Below, one piece after another: positions 7,710 to 18,193 of a DNA stretch of 64,000 bases (position 1 is the stretch's first letter; each line of letters opens with the position of its first letter). The position numbers were made by a program, and so were the translations under genes. Under the pieces are notes generated by a model. It made no database searches, was not told the origin of the DNA, and saw only the letters and a list, made by a program, of their open reading frames with translations. The stretch comes from Pelagomonas calceolata (lineage: Eukaryota), in NCBI GenBank assembly GCA_918797485.1, contig CAKKNE010000003.1, positions 1,116,001 through 1,180,000 of the forward strand, written 5' to 3'.

Positions 7710-10700
7710 CTATTGAATACTACAAGCGCAGCTGTCCGGCGGCGATTCCCATACCTCTCCACCGGTCCCCTGCGGTACGGCCTCCACGCGCGTAAAGTAC
7801 TCATTTGGTTCAGGCCAATGGCACGTATTATCATCAAGCGTAAGGCGCTTGATCTGACTTCCCGCATAATCACCAGGTCCAAGTGTCACCAAGTAGGCTC
7901 CCTTCTCGCCCGCAATGGGCTCAGCCTTCGCAAACGTACCAGACCAGCCTTGGGTCTGCCATGTGCCAGTGCCGTCCGCAAACCACGTCTCATGCGTGCG
8001 CGAGTCACGGCCCCCCGGATGACCCCAATGTTCCACCCAGATTGGTTTCCATTTACCTTGGAAAACATGCGCGGCGCCCCGGCCGCGGGCTGGGCTGCCG
8101 GACAACGTGATCTTGTACACGGCATTGGTCAACCCGCCACCCTGCGCTTCGATTACACCCACCACGCCTGGCACACGCACACGGGTGCTCCGGCCGGCCG
8201 AGCCCCCCGCACCCACCCGACGGAAATGCTCAGCAGGACCCACCGACTCAAAGACAGCGACGCCTTCACCACATGGATACTGCAGGGCAAGATAGCCGAC
8301 GGTGTGGCCCTCGCGCGCGATGCGATCGACGAGCTGCTGTACTGACGCCGCAACGTCGCGAGACCAGTAGAACTTGCCACCTTCCTGGGGCTTGCAGCCT
8401 GGCAGCGGGCTCGGCATCGGTGGAAAGGTGCGTCCCCAATCGTCGCGCCACAGGCCCATGTACTCGAGCGTCGCATTCGCCGTGGGTACGCCGCCGCCGA
8501 CCGCGTCCAACCCGCGGTCCGCCTCGCGCTGCGCCTCGTGGGCCGCCTCATTGGCCTGCCCACGCACGTCCTGGACGGTGCGAAGCGGCGGCACCGGGCG
8601 CAGCTCGAAGCGCTCCCACTGCCACTGGTGCTGCCAATGCCCCATCGCAGGGCTGTCCACGCCGCCCTGGTCGGTGACGCGCAGCCAGCGGTTGGTCGCC
8701 GGATTGTGCAAGCCCACGGTGCCGTCGCGATTATGCCTCACGACGAAGCGCTCCCACTGCCAGCCCTGATTAAACGCTTGGCCCTTGGCCGGTGAGTCGG
8801 CGCCGCCATGGTCGTTGACACGCAGCCAGCGGTCAGTCTTGTAGTTGTAGAGCCCGATCTGCCCGTGACCGACGTTATGCATCTCGAAGCGCTCCCACAT
8901 CCAGCCCTGATTAAACCCGCCAATCGCCGGGCTGTCGGCACCGCCGTGGTCGGTGACGCGCACCCAACGGCCGGTGGCGCGGTTGAAAAGCCCGACGGTC
9001 TGGACCGTCTGCATGTGATGGGCGAACTGGTCCAGCTTTTGCGCGTCTTCCAGCTTCTTCGCGGCCCTGCTGTAGTGCTCCTTGCCGCCGTGGCACGCCT
9101 GCCCGGAGCCGCCGAGCGTGACCTTGTGTATCTGGAGCTCACCGTCTCCACCGATGTGGTTAATTGCGCCTGAGAAACCGGGAATTCTAATGTTCTGGTG
9201 GTTGCGCCCGGTGTGGTGATAACCGTGATCGCCTTTCCTGTGACGACCACCCTCCGAGAGTCGATGACGGTCCTTCTCAAAGCACCAGAATATTTCGCCT
9301 CCGCACTCAATGCCGAAGTACCCCACGCCGCCGTTGCGTTGGAGCTCCGGTAAGAAGCGATCTTGGAAGCAGCGAGCGATCTCATCGTTTGAATGATACT
9401 TCCACCCCAGTGCGGCACTGCCGTGGTTGAGACGTGGTCCACCGGTAAAGCACCCGAGATCCTCTATCGTGCCGCGCTTTCGCTTCTCCTCCTCGGCCTT
9501 GGCGGCGGCGGCGGCTTCGCGCCGCTTTTTCTCCTCGGCGGCCGCTTCAGCGGCGCGAAGCTTCCGCTCTGCCTCGGCGGCCTGTGCTTCGGCGGCGAGA
9601 CGCTGCCGCCTCTCCTCAGCGGCCTTCGCCTCTGCTTCGGCGGCGAGGCGTTGCCGCCTTTCCCTGGCGGCCTCGGCTTCGGCTGCGCGGCGCCGCTGCT
9701 CGGCCTCGGCCTCGTCCTCCTCGTCCTCCTCCTCCTCCTCGACGATCGTGGCGCCACCCGCGAATACCGATGCGCCGGTTGCGAGTGCCCACTCGACGCC
9801 CTGCGCCGCGGGTCGCTTCATCGGATTATGCTCGAGCATCGCGGCGACAAGGCAGCCGAACCTGGCCGACGCGGCGTTGGTCTCGTCGATCAGCGCCTTC
9901 ACGGCCTTGGGGTCGAGCGCGAAAACACCCGTGCTGCGAGCCTCTACAAGCTTTCCCGTGACCGCGCCGCCGAGCATGCACCCCAGGGCCCAGACGTCGT
10001 CCTTGCCGTCGTAGGCCCTGCCCATCGCCTTCTCCGGGGATCGGTACATGTCAGCGCCGACCTTGTTGGCGCCGCCCGCCGAAGAGACCTTGCTCTTGGC
10101 GAGGACGACTTCGGCGAGCCCCAGGTCGATGATTCGCGCGTTTTGGTGCTCGTCGAAGAGCACGTTGTCCGGTTTCAGATCGCGATGTTGCATCCGCAGG
10201 CCATGCATGTACGCGAGCGCCGAAGCGACCTGCCGCGCCCACTGCGAGGTCTGCTCCTCGCGCTCTCGCTGACCGCACGTGAGAGGCCCGCGCTCCCGCT
10301 CGATGCGGGCGAGTAGCGAGCCCCCGGCCAGAAACTCCATGGCAATCGCATAAAACTTGTCCTTCTTGAAGCGAAAGGCTGTGAAGTAGCGGACGATGTT
10401 CGGATGGTTCAGCATCGAGAGCCGTGCCGCCTCTTCCCGTAGCTTTTTGACGCCGACGCCCGTCTTTTTGATCTTCATGAGCTTGACGGCGTACAGGCGA
10501 CCGTCGTCCTTGTTCTTCATCCTGTGCGTCGTGCCGAAGGAGCCCTCGCCCAGGAGCGACGCCTCCTGGTCCGAGTCGTCCGAGTCGTACGGATCGTACA
10601 TGAAGCGCTCCTGCGCCGCGGCTTCGTTCGCGAGCAGTTGCTGGACCCCGGCCTTGAGCTCGTCGAGCGAATCCTGCTGGCGCGCGTTCTGGTCGATGAC

Positions 10701-11435
10701 TGTGCTCACGTCCTCGGCGATCCGGTCCAGCTTGAGCCCGAGCGCCGAGAGCTCCTCGCGCTCGACGGCGCTGCCCTTCGGGATGCCGCACATGATCGCT
10801 GCCCGCTGCGCCGCCGCCTGGTTGTTCGCGTCGACCGTCTGCTGGCCCAGAAGCTGGATCAAGCCCTCGATCTTCTCGAAGCGCTGCGCCTGCAGCGCGA
10901 GCTGTTGGAGGTCCAACGCCGAGCCGAGCTCGTTGCTGAGCTCACAGAGCCGCTTGTCGAGGAGGCCGAAGCGCCGCGCGTCGAGCGAGCCGGAGCAGAG
11001 CTTCGCGAACGCGCCCTTCTTCGAGAATTGTTGAATAAATTTCGCCGCCTCGTCGAGCGCCTGGCCGATGGCCGTCACCGTCCGAGCGACGGCCTCGACC
11101 TGTCCCGTCGGCAGGCCCTGCGTCGCTTTGACGACGTCCTGGAGCTTCTGGGCGATCTCAACTCCGCGGCGCTGCAGCAGCGCCGCGGCCTCCTTGTTGA
11201 AGCGCACCTGGCGCACCGCGAGGCCGAGTTCGGCTAATCCATGCGCAAACGGCATCAGACACATGTTGAGCGGCGGCGGCGCGACCGCTGGGAGTGCCGC
11301 CAGAATTCCAGAGAGCGGTCCGAGGACGTCGGTCTGCGACGCCGTGAGTGTGGCGCCGGCGCCGGCCGCTGCGCCGACGGCCACCGCGGCCTTAGTGGAT
11401 GACGATGCCTTCGTTGCGGGCGCGACCCTCGCCAT
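7710..11435 (-). CDS. 1241-aa multidomain protein: MLKL-like N-terminal helical domain, Ser/Thr kinase, charged linker, WSC-like, beta-trefoil, WSC-like, CaaX
   Basis: VRQVRFNKEAAALLQRR...ALDEAAKFIQQFSKKG..AKL...DARRFGLLDKRL; GEGSFG/AVK/HRDLKPDN/DLG; three repeats of GLxN..T.RWxRVxD.GGxDSPA...WxWERF; ends CACSIQ. Confidence 0.85.
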   Translation of the reverse strand: MARVAPATKASSSTKAAVAVGAAAGAGATLTASQTDVLGPLSGILAALPAVAPPPLNMCLMPFAHGLAELGLAVRQVRFNKEAAALLQRRGVEIAQKLQDVVKATQGLPTGQVEAVARTVTAIGQALDEAAKFIQQFSKKGAFAKLCSGSLDARRFGLLDKRLCELSNELGSALDLQQLALQAQRFEKIEGLIQLLGQQTVDANNQAAAQRAAIMCGIPKGSAVEREELSALGLKLDRIAEDVSTVIDQNARQQDSLDELKAGVQQLLANEAAAQERFMYDPYDSDDSDQEASLLGEGSFGTTHRMKNKDDGRLYAVKLMKIKKTGVGVKKLREEAARLSMLNHPNIVRYFTAFRFKKDKFYAIAMEFLAGGSLLARIERERGPLTCGQREREEQTSQWARQVASALAYMHGLRMQHRDLKPDNVLFDEHQNARIIDLGLAEVVLAKSKVSSAGGANKVGADMYRSPEKAMGRAYDGKDDVWALGCMLGGAVTGKLVEARSTGVFALDPKAVKALIDETNAASARFGCLVAAMLEHNPMKRPAAQGVEWALATGASVFAGGATIVEEEEEDEEDEAEAEQRRRAAEAEAARERRQRLAAEAEAKAAEERRQRLAAEAQAAEAERKLRAAEAAAEEKKRREAAAAAKAEEEKRKRGTIEDLGCFTGGPRLNHGSAALGWKYHSNDEIARCFQDRFLPELQRNGGVGYFGIECGGEIFWCFEKDRHRLSEGGRHRKGDHGYHHTGRNHQNIRIPGFSGAINHIGGDGELQIHKVTLGGSGQACHGGKEHYSRAAKKLEDAQKLDQFAHHMQTVQTVGLFNRATGRWVRVTDHGGADSPAIGGFNQGWMWERFEMHNVGHGQIGLYNYKTDRWLRVNDHGGADSPAKGQAFNQGWQWERFVVRHNRDGTVGLHNPATNRWLRVTDQGGVDSPAMGHWQHQWQWERFELRPVPPLRTVQDVRGQANEAAHEAQREADRGLDAVGGGVPTANATLEYMGLWRDDWGRTFPPMPSPLPGCKPQEGGKFYWSRDVAASVQQLVDRIAREGHTVGYLALQYPCGEGVAVFESVGPAEHFRRVGAGGSAGRSTRVRVPGVVGVIEAQGGGLTNAVYKITLSGSPARGRGAAHVFQGKWKPIWVEHWGHPGGRDSRTHETWFADGTGTWQTQGWSGTFAKAEPIAGEKGAYLVTLGPGDYAGSQIKRLTLDDNTCHWPEPNEYFTRVEAVPQGTGGEVWESPPDSCACSIQ

Positions 11436-11931
11436 GTTGCGGAAAGGGCAGCCCTTAATCTGGTGGGGCACCGCCTGTTGTGCCCAAAATCGCAGCTTAG
11501 GCTGCCGTGATCTCGCAGCGATATTGCAATATGCAGCTACGCTTTGTGCATGCGCTGCATTGGATCTCAGCGCGCTAGTTTTAGTCGCGCTTCAAGGGAA
11601 TCCTGCGGGTGCAAATTGAGGAGGTGTCGGTCCGAGATATGGCTCCGCTTCCCTGAGAAAAAAACCCGAACCCAAGCCCTCACACTCGAGTATCGAGACT
11701 CGAGATCAGCTAGCATTGCAGCTTTCAGCTTGTGTGCAGCCCGGCAAGCAAGCTCAGACCCAGTTGCATCAGCTGCATCCGCACAGCGACGCGCCGCGCA
11801 TCCCTACGACGCCTTTGCTCATTGCTGTGCACGCTGTGCATCGCTGAGAGCAGAGAGCAGAGAGTGAGAGCTGAGAGCTGCATTGCACATCATCATTTTT
11901 GCCGTGGCAGTCCTCTGCGCAAGAGCTAAAG

Positions 11932-12375
11932 ATGCAATTAAAAGCTCTCTCCCACTTCGCGTCGGTCGCCGCCGCGGCAATCGTCGGCGTCGTTCTGGAG
12001 CGCATACGTGCCCGACGGTCGTATGCACTCATCGAGCGCGCACCGGGCTTCAAGGCGTGGCGCATGAGCAAATGGGTCAAGCACGCCGGCCGCATCGAGA
12101 CGCAAGGGCTCGTGGGCACGGACGCCGCGTCGTCGATCGCCGAGCAAACTGCGCAAGCACTCGCCAAGCTCGACGCCATTCTGACGGAGGCGGGCTCGTC
12201 GCGCGACAAGCTGCTGTCGGTGACCATATATCTGCGAGACATCGAGCGGGACTTTGAGGGCATGAATGGGGTATATGACGCATGGCTTGGAACAGACAAG
12301 CCGACGCGCGCCTGCGTGCAGGCCAAGCTCGGCCACTCCTGGCTCGTCGAGATCCGCGCCCAGGCGGCCGCATAG
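11932..12375 (+). CDS. RidA/YjgF/UK114 family protein with N-terminal hydrophobic extension
   Basis: IAEQTAQALAKLDAILTEAGSSRDKLLSVTIYLRDIERDFEGMNGVYDAW...PTRACVQAKL...LVEI. Confidence 0.88.
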   Translation: MQLKALSHFASVAAAAIVGVVLERIRARRSYALIERAPGFKAWRMSKWVKHAGRIETQGLVGTDAASSIAEQTAQALAKLDAILTEAGSSRDKLLSVTIYLRDIERDFEGMNGVYDAWLGTDKPTRACVQAKLGHSWLVEIRAQAAA

Positions 12376-12391
12376 GTAAGTAGTACACAAT

Positions 12392-13717
12392 TTAGATGTC
12401 TATCTCGTCGAGGTCGTCTCCCTTCCGCTCGCCCGAGAACTCGCGCAGCTCCTCGCTCGGCCCGTCGTCGTCGGCGCGCCGCCGCCGCCGCTCGCGCTCG
12501 CGCGCCCAGCCGTCGTCCTTCGGCGGCGCCGGCGCGTCGGCCCAGGCGTCCGCGGGCCGCTCGTCCTCGGCGGCGAGGCGCCGCGCGAGCGCCTCGTCGG
12601 CGGCGACCTGGGAAGGGCAGTCGACGCGCGGCGCGAAAGGGTCGTCGGAGGCGTCGCCGTACTCGTCGCGCGTCGCCGCCGCTTCGGCCAGCCACTCGCC
12701 GCGGCCCTCGCCGTGCTCGCCGAAGGGCCGCTCGCCGGCCAGGACCTCGTCGAGCGCGTCGTAGAGCGGCTGCGCCGCGCGCGGCCGCTCGACGGCGCCG
12801 GACAAGATCGCGTCGACGGCGTGGTCCGCACCATAAAAACTCTCGTTGCAGTCCGGTCGCGCGAGCACGACACAAGCGTGGAGCGCGACGCCCGCGAACA
12901 GGCCCTTGGAGTGGGCGTAGGAGAAGACCGCCGACGCGCCGCCGTCGCCAGCCGTCACCGCAGTCTCGGCAGACCGCCCGAACGGGCCCACTGCCATGCC
13001 GATCTCGGTGCCCAGCGACATCTGCGCCGTCGACGCGAAGGCGTCGACGGCGTCCTGCGAGTTCAGGACAACGAGCATGTCCGTCACCTCGCCGCCGATC
13101 TGCAGGCCCCAGCCCGCGCCGGCCGTGCAGACGGCCGACGGCGCGCTCCAGCCGCCGTCCCGCGTCCGCGCTATCACCAGACCGCTCCCGACGCGCGCCG
13201 AGAAGAAGAAGCCCGCCTGCATCGTCGTGAGGAAGGCGAGGCCCCAGGCCGACGCGATGAGGTCGGCCGGGACTTGGTCGGATGCGCCCTCGAGCGCGTT
13301 GTCGGCGCAGAAGTTTAGGAGCGTGTGCGTCGCCTTCTGGATCTCGGACCGCATGTCGAACTGGAGCGGCACGTTGAGGTACCGTGCCACGTCCGCGCGG
13401 TCGACCTCGGTGGTCTGCGACGCGTTCGAGCACGTCTTCCTCAAGTCGTCCTGGTACGGCAGCAGGGCCTCGCGGCACGCGGCGCAGGTCCTTAATGGTT
13501 CCCGGGGATCAAAAGTAGACAGCAGCGAGTCCCAGTCCGGCGGGTAGACGACGTCCGCCGGATGAATCAAGCACTTGTAGGGCGAGCACGCATCACAAAA
13601 AATGCCGCCGCACTTCCGGCAGTGGTGCCGCCAGTTCCAGCCGTCGAAGGGCGCGTGGCAGCCGAGGCAGACCGCCGTCTCGTCGTCACCCAACCAGCGC
13701 GGGGCGACGTCCTGCAT
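12392..13717 (-). CDS. FYVE zinc finger plus SYLF/Ysc84 domain protein
   Basis: WLGDDE..C..C...RHHCRKCGGIFCDAC; AGFFFSARVGSGLVIAR...WSAPSA...GLQIGGEVTD...YAHSKGLFAG. First ATG used; start uncertain. Confidence 0.9.
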   Translation of the reverse strand: MQDVAPRWLGDDETAVCLGCHAPFDGWNWRHHCRKCGGIFCDACSPYKCLIHPADVVYPPDWDSLLSTFDPREPLRTCAACREALLPYQDDLRKTCSNASQTTEVDRADVARYLNVPLQFDMRSEIQKATHTLLNFCADNALEGASDQVPADLIASAWGLAFLTTMQAGFFFSARVGSGLVIARTRDGGWSAPSAVCTAGAGWGLQIGGEVTDMLVVLNSQDAVDAFASTAQMSLGTEIGMAVGPFGRSAETAVTAGDGGASAVFSYAHSKGLFAGVALHACVVLARPDCNESFYGADHAVDAILSGAVERPRAAQPLYDALDEVLAGERPFGEHGEGRGEWLAEAAATRDEYGDASDDPFAPRVDCPSQVAADEALARRLAAEDERPADAWADAPAPPKDDGWARERERRRRRADDDGPSEELREFSGERKGDDLDEIDI

Positions 13718-14095
13718 GATATGCTCTGCCAAGAGAGGCTTTTTGCTCCTGGTGGAGCTGTTGCTCGACGGCGTGTGCGTGGAGCTTCAGCGGCGACTAG
13801 TGCTGCATTCCTTTTGCATTTGCTGCCCCGTGGCGCTTGGGGGGCTGCCTCTGCAAGCTCTGCGAAAATCGTCTTTCACTTCCTAGTGTGTCTTTGCCCC
13901 TGGGACTAGCAAAACCGATTTCGGCCGGCATCGCGGTACGGGGTATTCTCACGGTCACAGAGACGAAGCGTTACAGTTACGGAGCTCTGCTTCTCTCGCG
14001 CGACGTCTGTGGGCCAAACGACCTCTTCTAATTATCGATCAAACTTTAACCTGTTTGACCCGACGCTCGCTCGGCGTGACGCGTCGTCGTATATC

Positions 14096-15076
14096 ATGCC
14101 GCGCGCCGCCTTCCTGCTCCTCGCCGCCGCGTGCATCGGCGGAGACGCGCAAATACCACCGTGCCCCGCCGGCGTGAAAGACGACCTGAACTGGTACACG
14201 ACGACGTCGAGCGGGAAGGTCCACGACTGCGCGTGGCTGCGCCTCGACCCCGACACGCGCTGTAATAACGATGGGCGCTTCCTCAATTGCCCGGCGGCCT
14301 GCGGGAAATGCTTGGGCGTCTGCCAGAACGACGAGCGCGACGACGACACTTGGCTACGGAAGCACGAGGCCGCGGACGGGCCCCACGGCTGCGCCTGGGC
14401 GGCGGAGGAGCCGCGGAACCGGTGCTTCGAGATGGGCGCCGACGGCCGCCGATCCGGTGAGGCTTGTGAAGCGGCCTGCGGCTTTTGCGTGGGAGCGCCG
14501 TCGTGGCCGCATTCCGAGGGACCCGACGGTCCCATCATGGACGACGTCGACCCCTTCCCGGCGGAGGGCGCCGCGGGCGACGACGGCCCGACCGCGTTCA
14601 ACAACGACGACGAGGTCGACGACAACGGCGTGGAAAATGACGACGACGACGACGAAGCCGACGCGGCGTCGTGCGCCGACGACCCGCAGTGGCAGAAACT
14701 TGGGAGCAAGACGAAAGCGTGCGCGTGGGTCGCCGAGAAGTTCTCGCGGTGCGACACCGAAGGCGCCGACGGCAGAAACGCCATCGAGGCCTGCAAGGCG
14801 GCGTGCGGCATGTGCGCGACGCCGACGCCGGCTCCTGTTGCGTCAGAGCGCAAGGCGCGCGAGGACCCGTCGGCGCGCATGCTGCCGACGGGGTACGTGT
14901 TCTTCCTTTTGGGAGCGTCGCTCGCGATGCTCGTGTTGTGCGGCATACAGTGCAAGAGTACGTTTTGCAGGACTCCGGTGCGTTATGGCGGCGTGGGGAG
15001 CGACACGATCATCTCGGTCAGCGACGACCCGGACGACGAGGGCTTCGAGATGTCGGGCTCGTCGAGTATGGTGTGA
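14096..15076 (+). CDS. Type-I membrane protein with three Cys-rich (ShKT-like) repeats
   Basis: Signal peptide; three copies of DD..W.......CxW.....RC.......C..ACG.C; acidic spacer; TM YVFFLLGASLAMLVLCGI. Confidence 0.75.
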   Translation: MPRAAFLLLAAACIGGDAQIPPCPAGVKDDLNWYTTTSSGKVHDCAWLRLDPDTRCNNDGRFLNCPAACGKCLGVCQNDERDDDTWLRKHEAADGPHGCAWAAEEPRNRCFEMGADGRRSGEACEAACGFCVGAPSWPHSEGPDGPIMDDVDPFPAEGAAGDDGPTAFNNDDEVDDNGVENDDDDDEADAASCADDPQWQKLGSKTKACAWVAEKFSRCDTEGADGRNAIEACKAACGMCATPTPAPVASERKAREDPSARMLPTGYVFFLLGASLAMLVLCGIQCKSTFCRTPVRYGGVGSDTIISVSDDPDDEGFEMSGSSSMV

Positions 15077-15086
15077 GTAAGACACA

Positions 15087-15636
15087 TTACTTATCCTTCG
15101 CGAGGGTTCCCTCCCGGACGAGTCGACGGCGCGTCTCCGCCCACTCACGCGCCTCCCGTGCCCGCAGGAGCAGCAGCACCCCGCATACGATTTCGATGCC
15201 GCCGGCGCACGCGACCGGCTCGCGAACAACGTCCGACGCAAAGGCTACGACGAGCGCCACCCCGACGTAGAGCTTCGCCGCCGCCGCGGCTTCGTCGGAT
15301 ATTTTATTTTGCACGATCGCCGCGGCGACCTGCGCGGGAATAGAGTCGAGTGGTGAGAGACGCGTCGATAGCGTGAGGTCGACGCAATGATTTGGATTGT
15401 GCACGGGCTACCACGAGCGTCTGCAGGCCCCAGAACAAGCACGCCCACATGCGCGCGATCTTGCAATCCGCCTGGCACGTCTCCGCCGGCGGCACGACGA
15501 CGAATTTCGCGGCGGGGCTTGGCTTATTCACGTAGCTTACCTTGAAAATGTTGGCGGGACCCAGCAGCACCCAGTGGTAATTGAGCAGCTTGATGAGTGT
15601 TGAGCGTGCAGTGCGACGCGATCCACCGGGCGCCAT
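15087..15636 (-). CDS. Hypothetical membrane protein, 155 aa; exons 15636-15412 and 15329-15087
   Basis: Phase-0 GT-AG intron joins ...WACLFWGLQTLV to VAAAIVQNKIS..., giving a continuous hydrophobic helix. Confidence 0.7.
15330..15411 (-). mobile_element. Degenerate introner-derived intron, 82 nt
   Basis: Acceptor TTCCCGCGCAG; internal CGCGTCGATAGCGTGAGGTCGACGCAATGATT resembles the copy 1/2 core; TSD decayed (GTAGCC vs GTCGCC). Confidence 0.7.
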
Positions 15637-16670
15637 GATAGCGTTGCTTTGCACTCTTGAAGCGCTAATGCGATCTTGAAGCACCAACGCGATCGCTATT
15701 GAATCTTGCGAGCAGCTGTTCGCGCGCGATATGCGCGCAGATGCTACTGTCTGCTCTCCCTTGTTTTTGAAGGCTTCCTAGCGCGAACGCGTGGATCCGA
15801 TGCGTGCAAGCCAAATATTCTGCAGAAATATCGCCCTGCCAGCCTTCAAACCTATACCGCCGCGTGGCGTGTCTGCAAAAGCTGCTGCAGCGCTCGGTGA
15901 AAGACATACTAGCCACTTGCACCCGCCGCCCCAGCCACTTGCAGGCAACTTCGACCCGAGGGCTCGAAAATCGGCAGGGACGCGGCTGTTTGCGTGCGGA
16001 AACGAGAGGACGTACTCACACGTGCTGCCTGGCGGCCCCGGGCTGCCTGAGAGGATCCAGAATTCAAATGGCAAGCCATTTCTGGGTACTCTCCCAAGCG
16101 GGTGCGATGGAGCCCGCGGGCCTTGGACGGCCCGGTGGCCGCGCGCCCCATCTCTGCAACAGCACCCGCCCCCGCCCTAGGGGGGAAGGGCCGACCTGCA
16201 CGCGCCGCCGCGCCGCGCAGTCGCCGGCGCCTGGGGGGCCGCACCATTCAAATGTACCGGGGCGCTGTCTACCACGAGAAGATCGGTCCGACGCTCGACA
16301 AAGTCGAATTCTCGTTTAGAGGGTTTAGATGACCACGCCCGGGACTTTGGCCGCCATGGGCAAACGCACGAGATGCTGCTTTGGGTGGCGCAGACGCCAG
16401 CGGAATTGTTAGCAGAGCGAGAGATGTCCCGTCCTGCTCTCCGATGGCAAAGCATCATCAGTGGCAATGGGGTGCTACGGCGCGGACGTAGACAGGCTCC
16501 TCGACGTCCACGGGAGGCCCGAAGTAGCCACGGCAACAGAGCCACAAGAATGGCTCCGGTACATTATGGAGCGCGGGTTCTTTCGCTACATGTTGTATCA
16601 ACCGGATAGTCATGCAGCGGGCGCGTGGGCGTCCGGATGCCGCCAGCAGCTGTTCTACTATTGCTCCTGT

Positions 16671-16780
16671 GCGCGTCGCATCGCACCACGACTCCTCCGC
16701 CCGAGTAAAAACGTCTATCCGAACATACCGCTCCTCGGGCCTGTCGGCGGTTGAGTTGCGGAATCGGCTGCGGCCGCCGA
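16671..16780 (+). repeat. About 100-bp dispersed direct repeat A, copy 1 (copy 2 at about 18996-19100)
   Basis: TCGCACCACGACTC(C/A)TCCGCCCGAGTAAAA..CGTCTATCCGAACATACCGCT shared by both copies. Confidence 0.85.
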
Positions 16781-17697
16781 ACCAACCGTTTTGTTGCTTT
16801 TTGGCTTCGACATGTGTGCAGTCGTTTAAGTACCGTTCGGTTCGCTAATGGTCCAAAGAGATCAATGGTGCACTTACTGGGCGGCGAAAAAAATATTTTT
16901 TTTAATTCGCGATATTGACGGTCCCGCCATGACGGCCGCGTCGATGGAATCCTGTCGATTCGCGGTCCCGAGGTCTCCCTGGGGTCGCTTAGGGTCGGTC
17001 TATAGATGGTTAGTCGCCCACACCGCATGCGCCGCCGCTTCGAGGGATTATCGGCCAATTCTCTCAACACTCCAAGCCACTCAAGCATGAATTACTTGGC
17101 AATGGCTTCCAGGGCTCTCCGAGACCACTAGGCGGCTGCATCGATGGCGTATGCGGTACAGGCGACTACCCACTACCAGACCTACCCCGAGAGGCCTCCA
17201 GGAGCCGATCTGCCCCCGAAAAAAGTGTGTAATTTGGACCCGATGGCGCCCCGTTCCCGTCAAATACGGCAATTACCCGAGGGCCCCCAGTAGTCGCCGT
17301 AGCGGTCTCGTTGGACCCCATACTACCCCAGCGATAGTCAATTACAAGTATATGACATCTACACCACGAGAAGGGTACTTTGGACTGCACACGCTCGGGA
17401 CGTGAACATCTTGATCTGGACCTCGCGCAAGTCGGTCGTTCATGGAACAAATGGTCGCGTCATGGTCCATGGTGATGGTACACGGGCTGATGGTCGCAGG
17501 TCCAAGTAATTCGCCCACCTTCGCTAGATCTTGGTCGCGCAAGTCAGACGAGGCGCGGGAGCATTTGGCAATAGGAAATCTAATGTAGTAGGTGTTCAGG
17601 CCGGTTATCTGGCCCGTCCCATACCCAAAGCGCCTCAAACGCGAATTTATTTTATAAACCACCGGTCTGGGGCCAATTCAGTGCCCCGCGTACGCAC

Positions 17698-17786
17698 CGT
17701 CGTCCGCGGAGAACTGGCAAGTCGGTCGATTGTGAATAGAACAACGGCGTTATGGTCCATCTGGATGGTGTCGTCGCTGATACTCG
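17698..17786 (+). repeat. About 90-bp dispersed direct repeat B, copy 1 (copy 2 at about 18288-18384)
   Basis: CGTCGTCCGCGGAGAAC.GGCAAGTCGGTCGAT.GTGAATAGAACAACGGCGTTATG shared by both copies. Confidence 0.85.
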
Positions 17787-18139
17787 CGGGTGCAGGATCT
17801 AGGTCGATCTTCATGAAAACGTGGGGGGCGCGAAGTCGCTTCGCGGCGAGGCTATAACGGAGTACATGATCATTCTAGTGGGGTGTTCTAGCGGTCTGGA
17901 TGGACTCTACCGATAACAAACGGAAGGAAACGAACATAAACGCGAGAGTTGTCTAGTAGAATTCTTCTCCCGCCCTCCGAGCGCGGGCCGTCGGCTCCGG
18001 TTCCGTCGATTATGTATGAAAACTGGACTCGAGTTGATATGATGTACCATTTGGACGGTAGAAGGCACCGTCAATCGCTGGTGTATTTTGGCGAGCCGTA
18101 AGACCTGGTGATCTAGCGTATCGACATACTAGGAATCCG

Positions 18140-18193
18140 TATATATATAATATATATATATTTATATATACATACATATAATATACATGTATA
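18140..18193. repeat. Imperfect (TA)n microsatellite
   Basis: TATATATATAATATATATATATTTATATATACATACATATAATATACATGTATA. Confidence 0.95.

Noticed and set aside
11840..11882. GAGAGCA/CTGAGAG short repeats
   Set aside because: Low-complexity intergenic sequence with no further structure.
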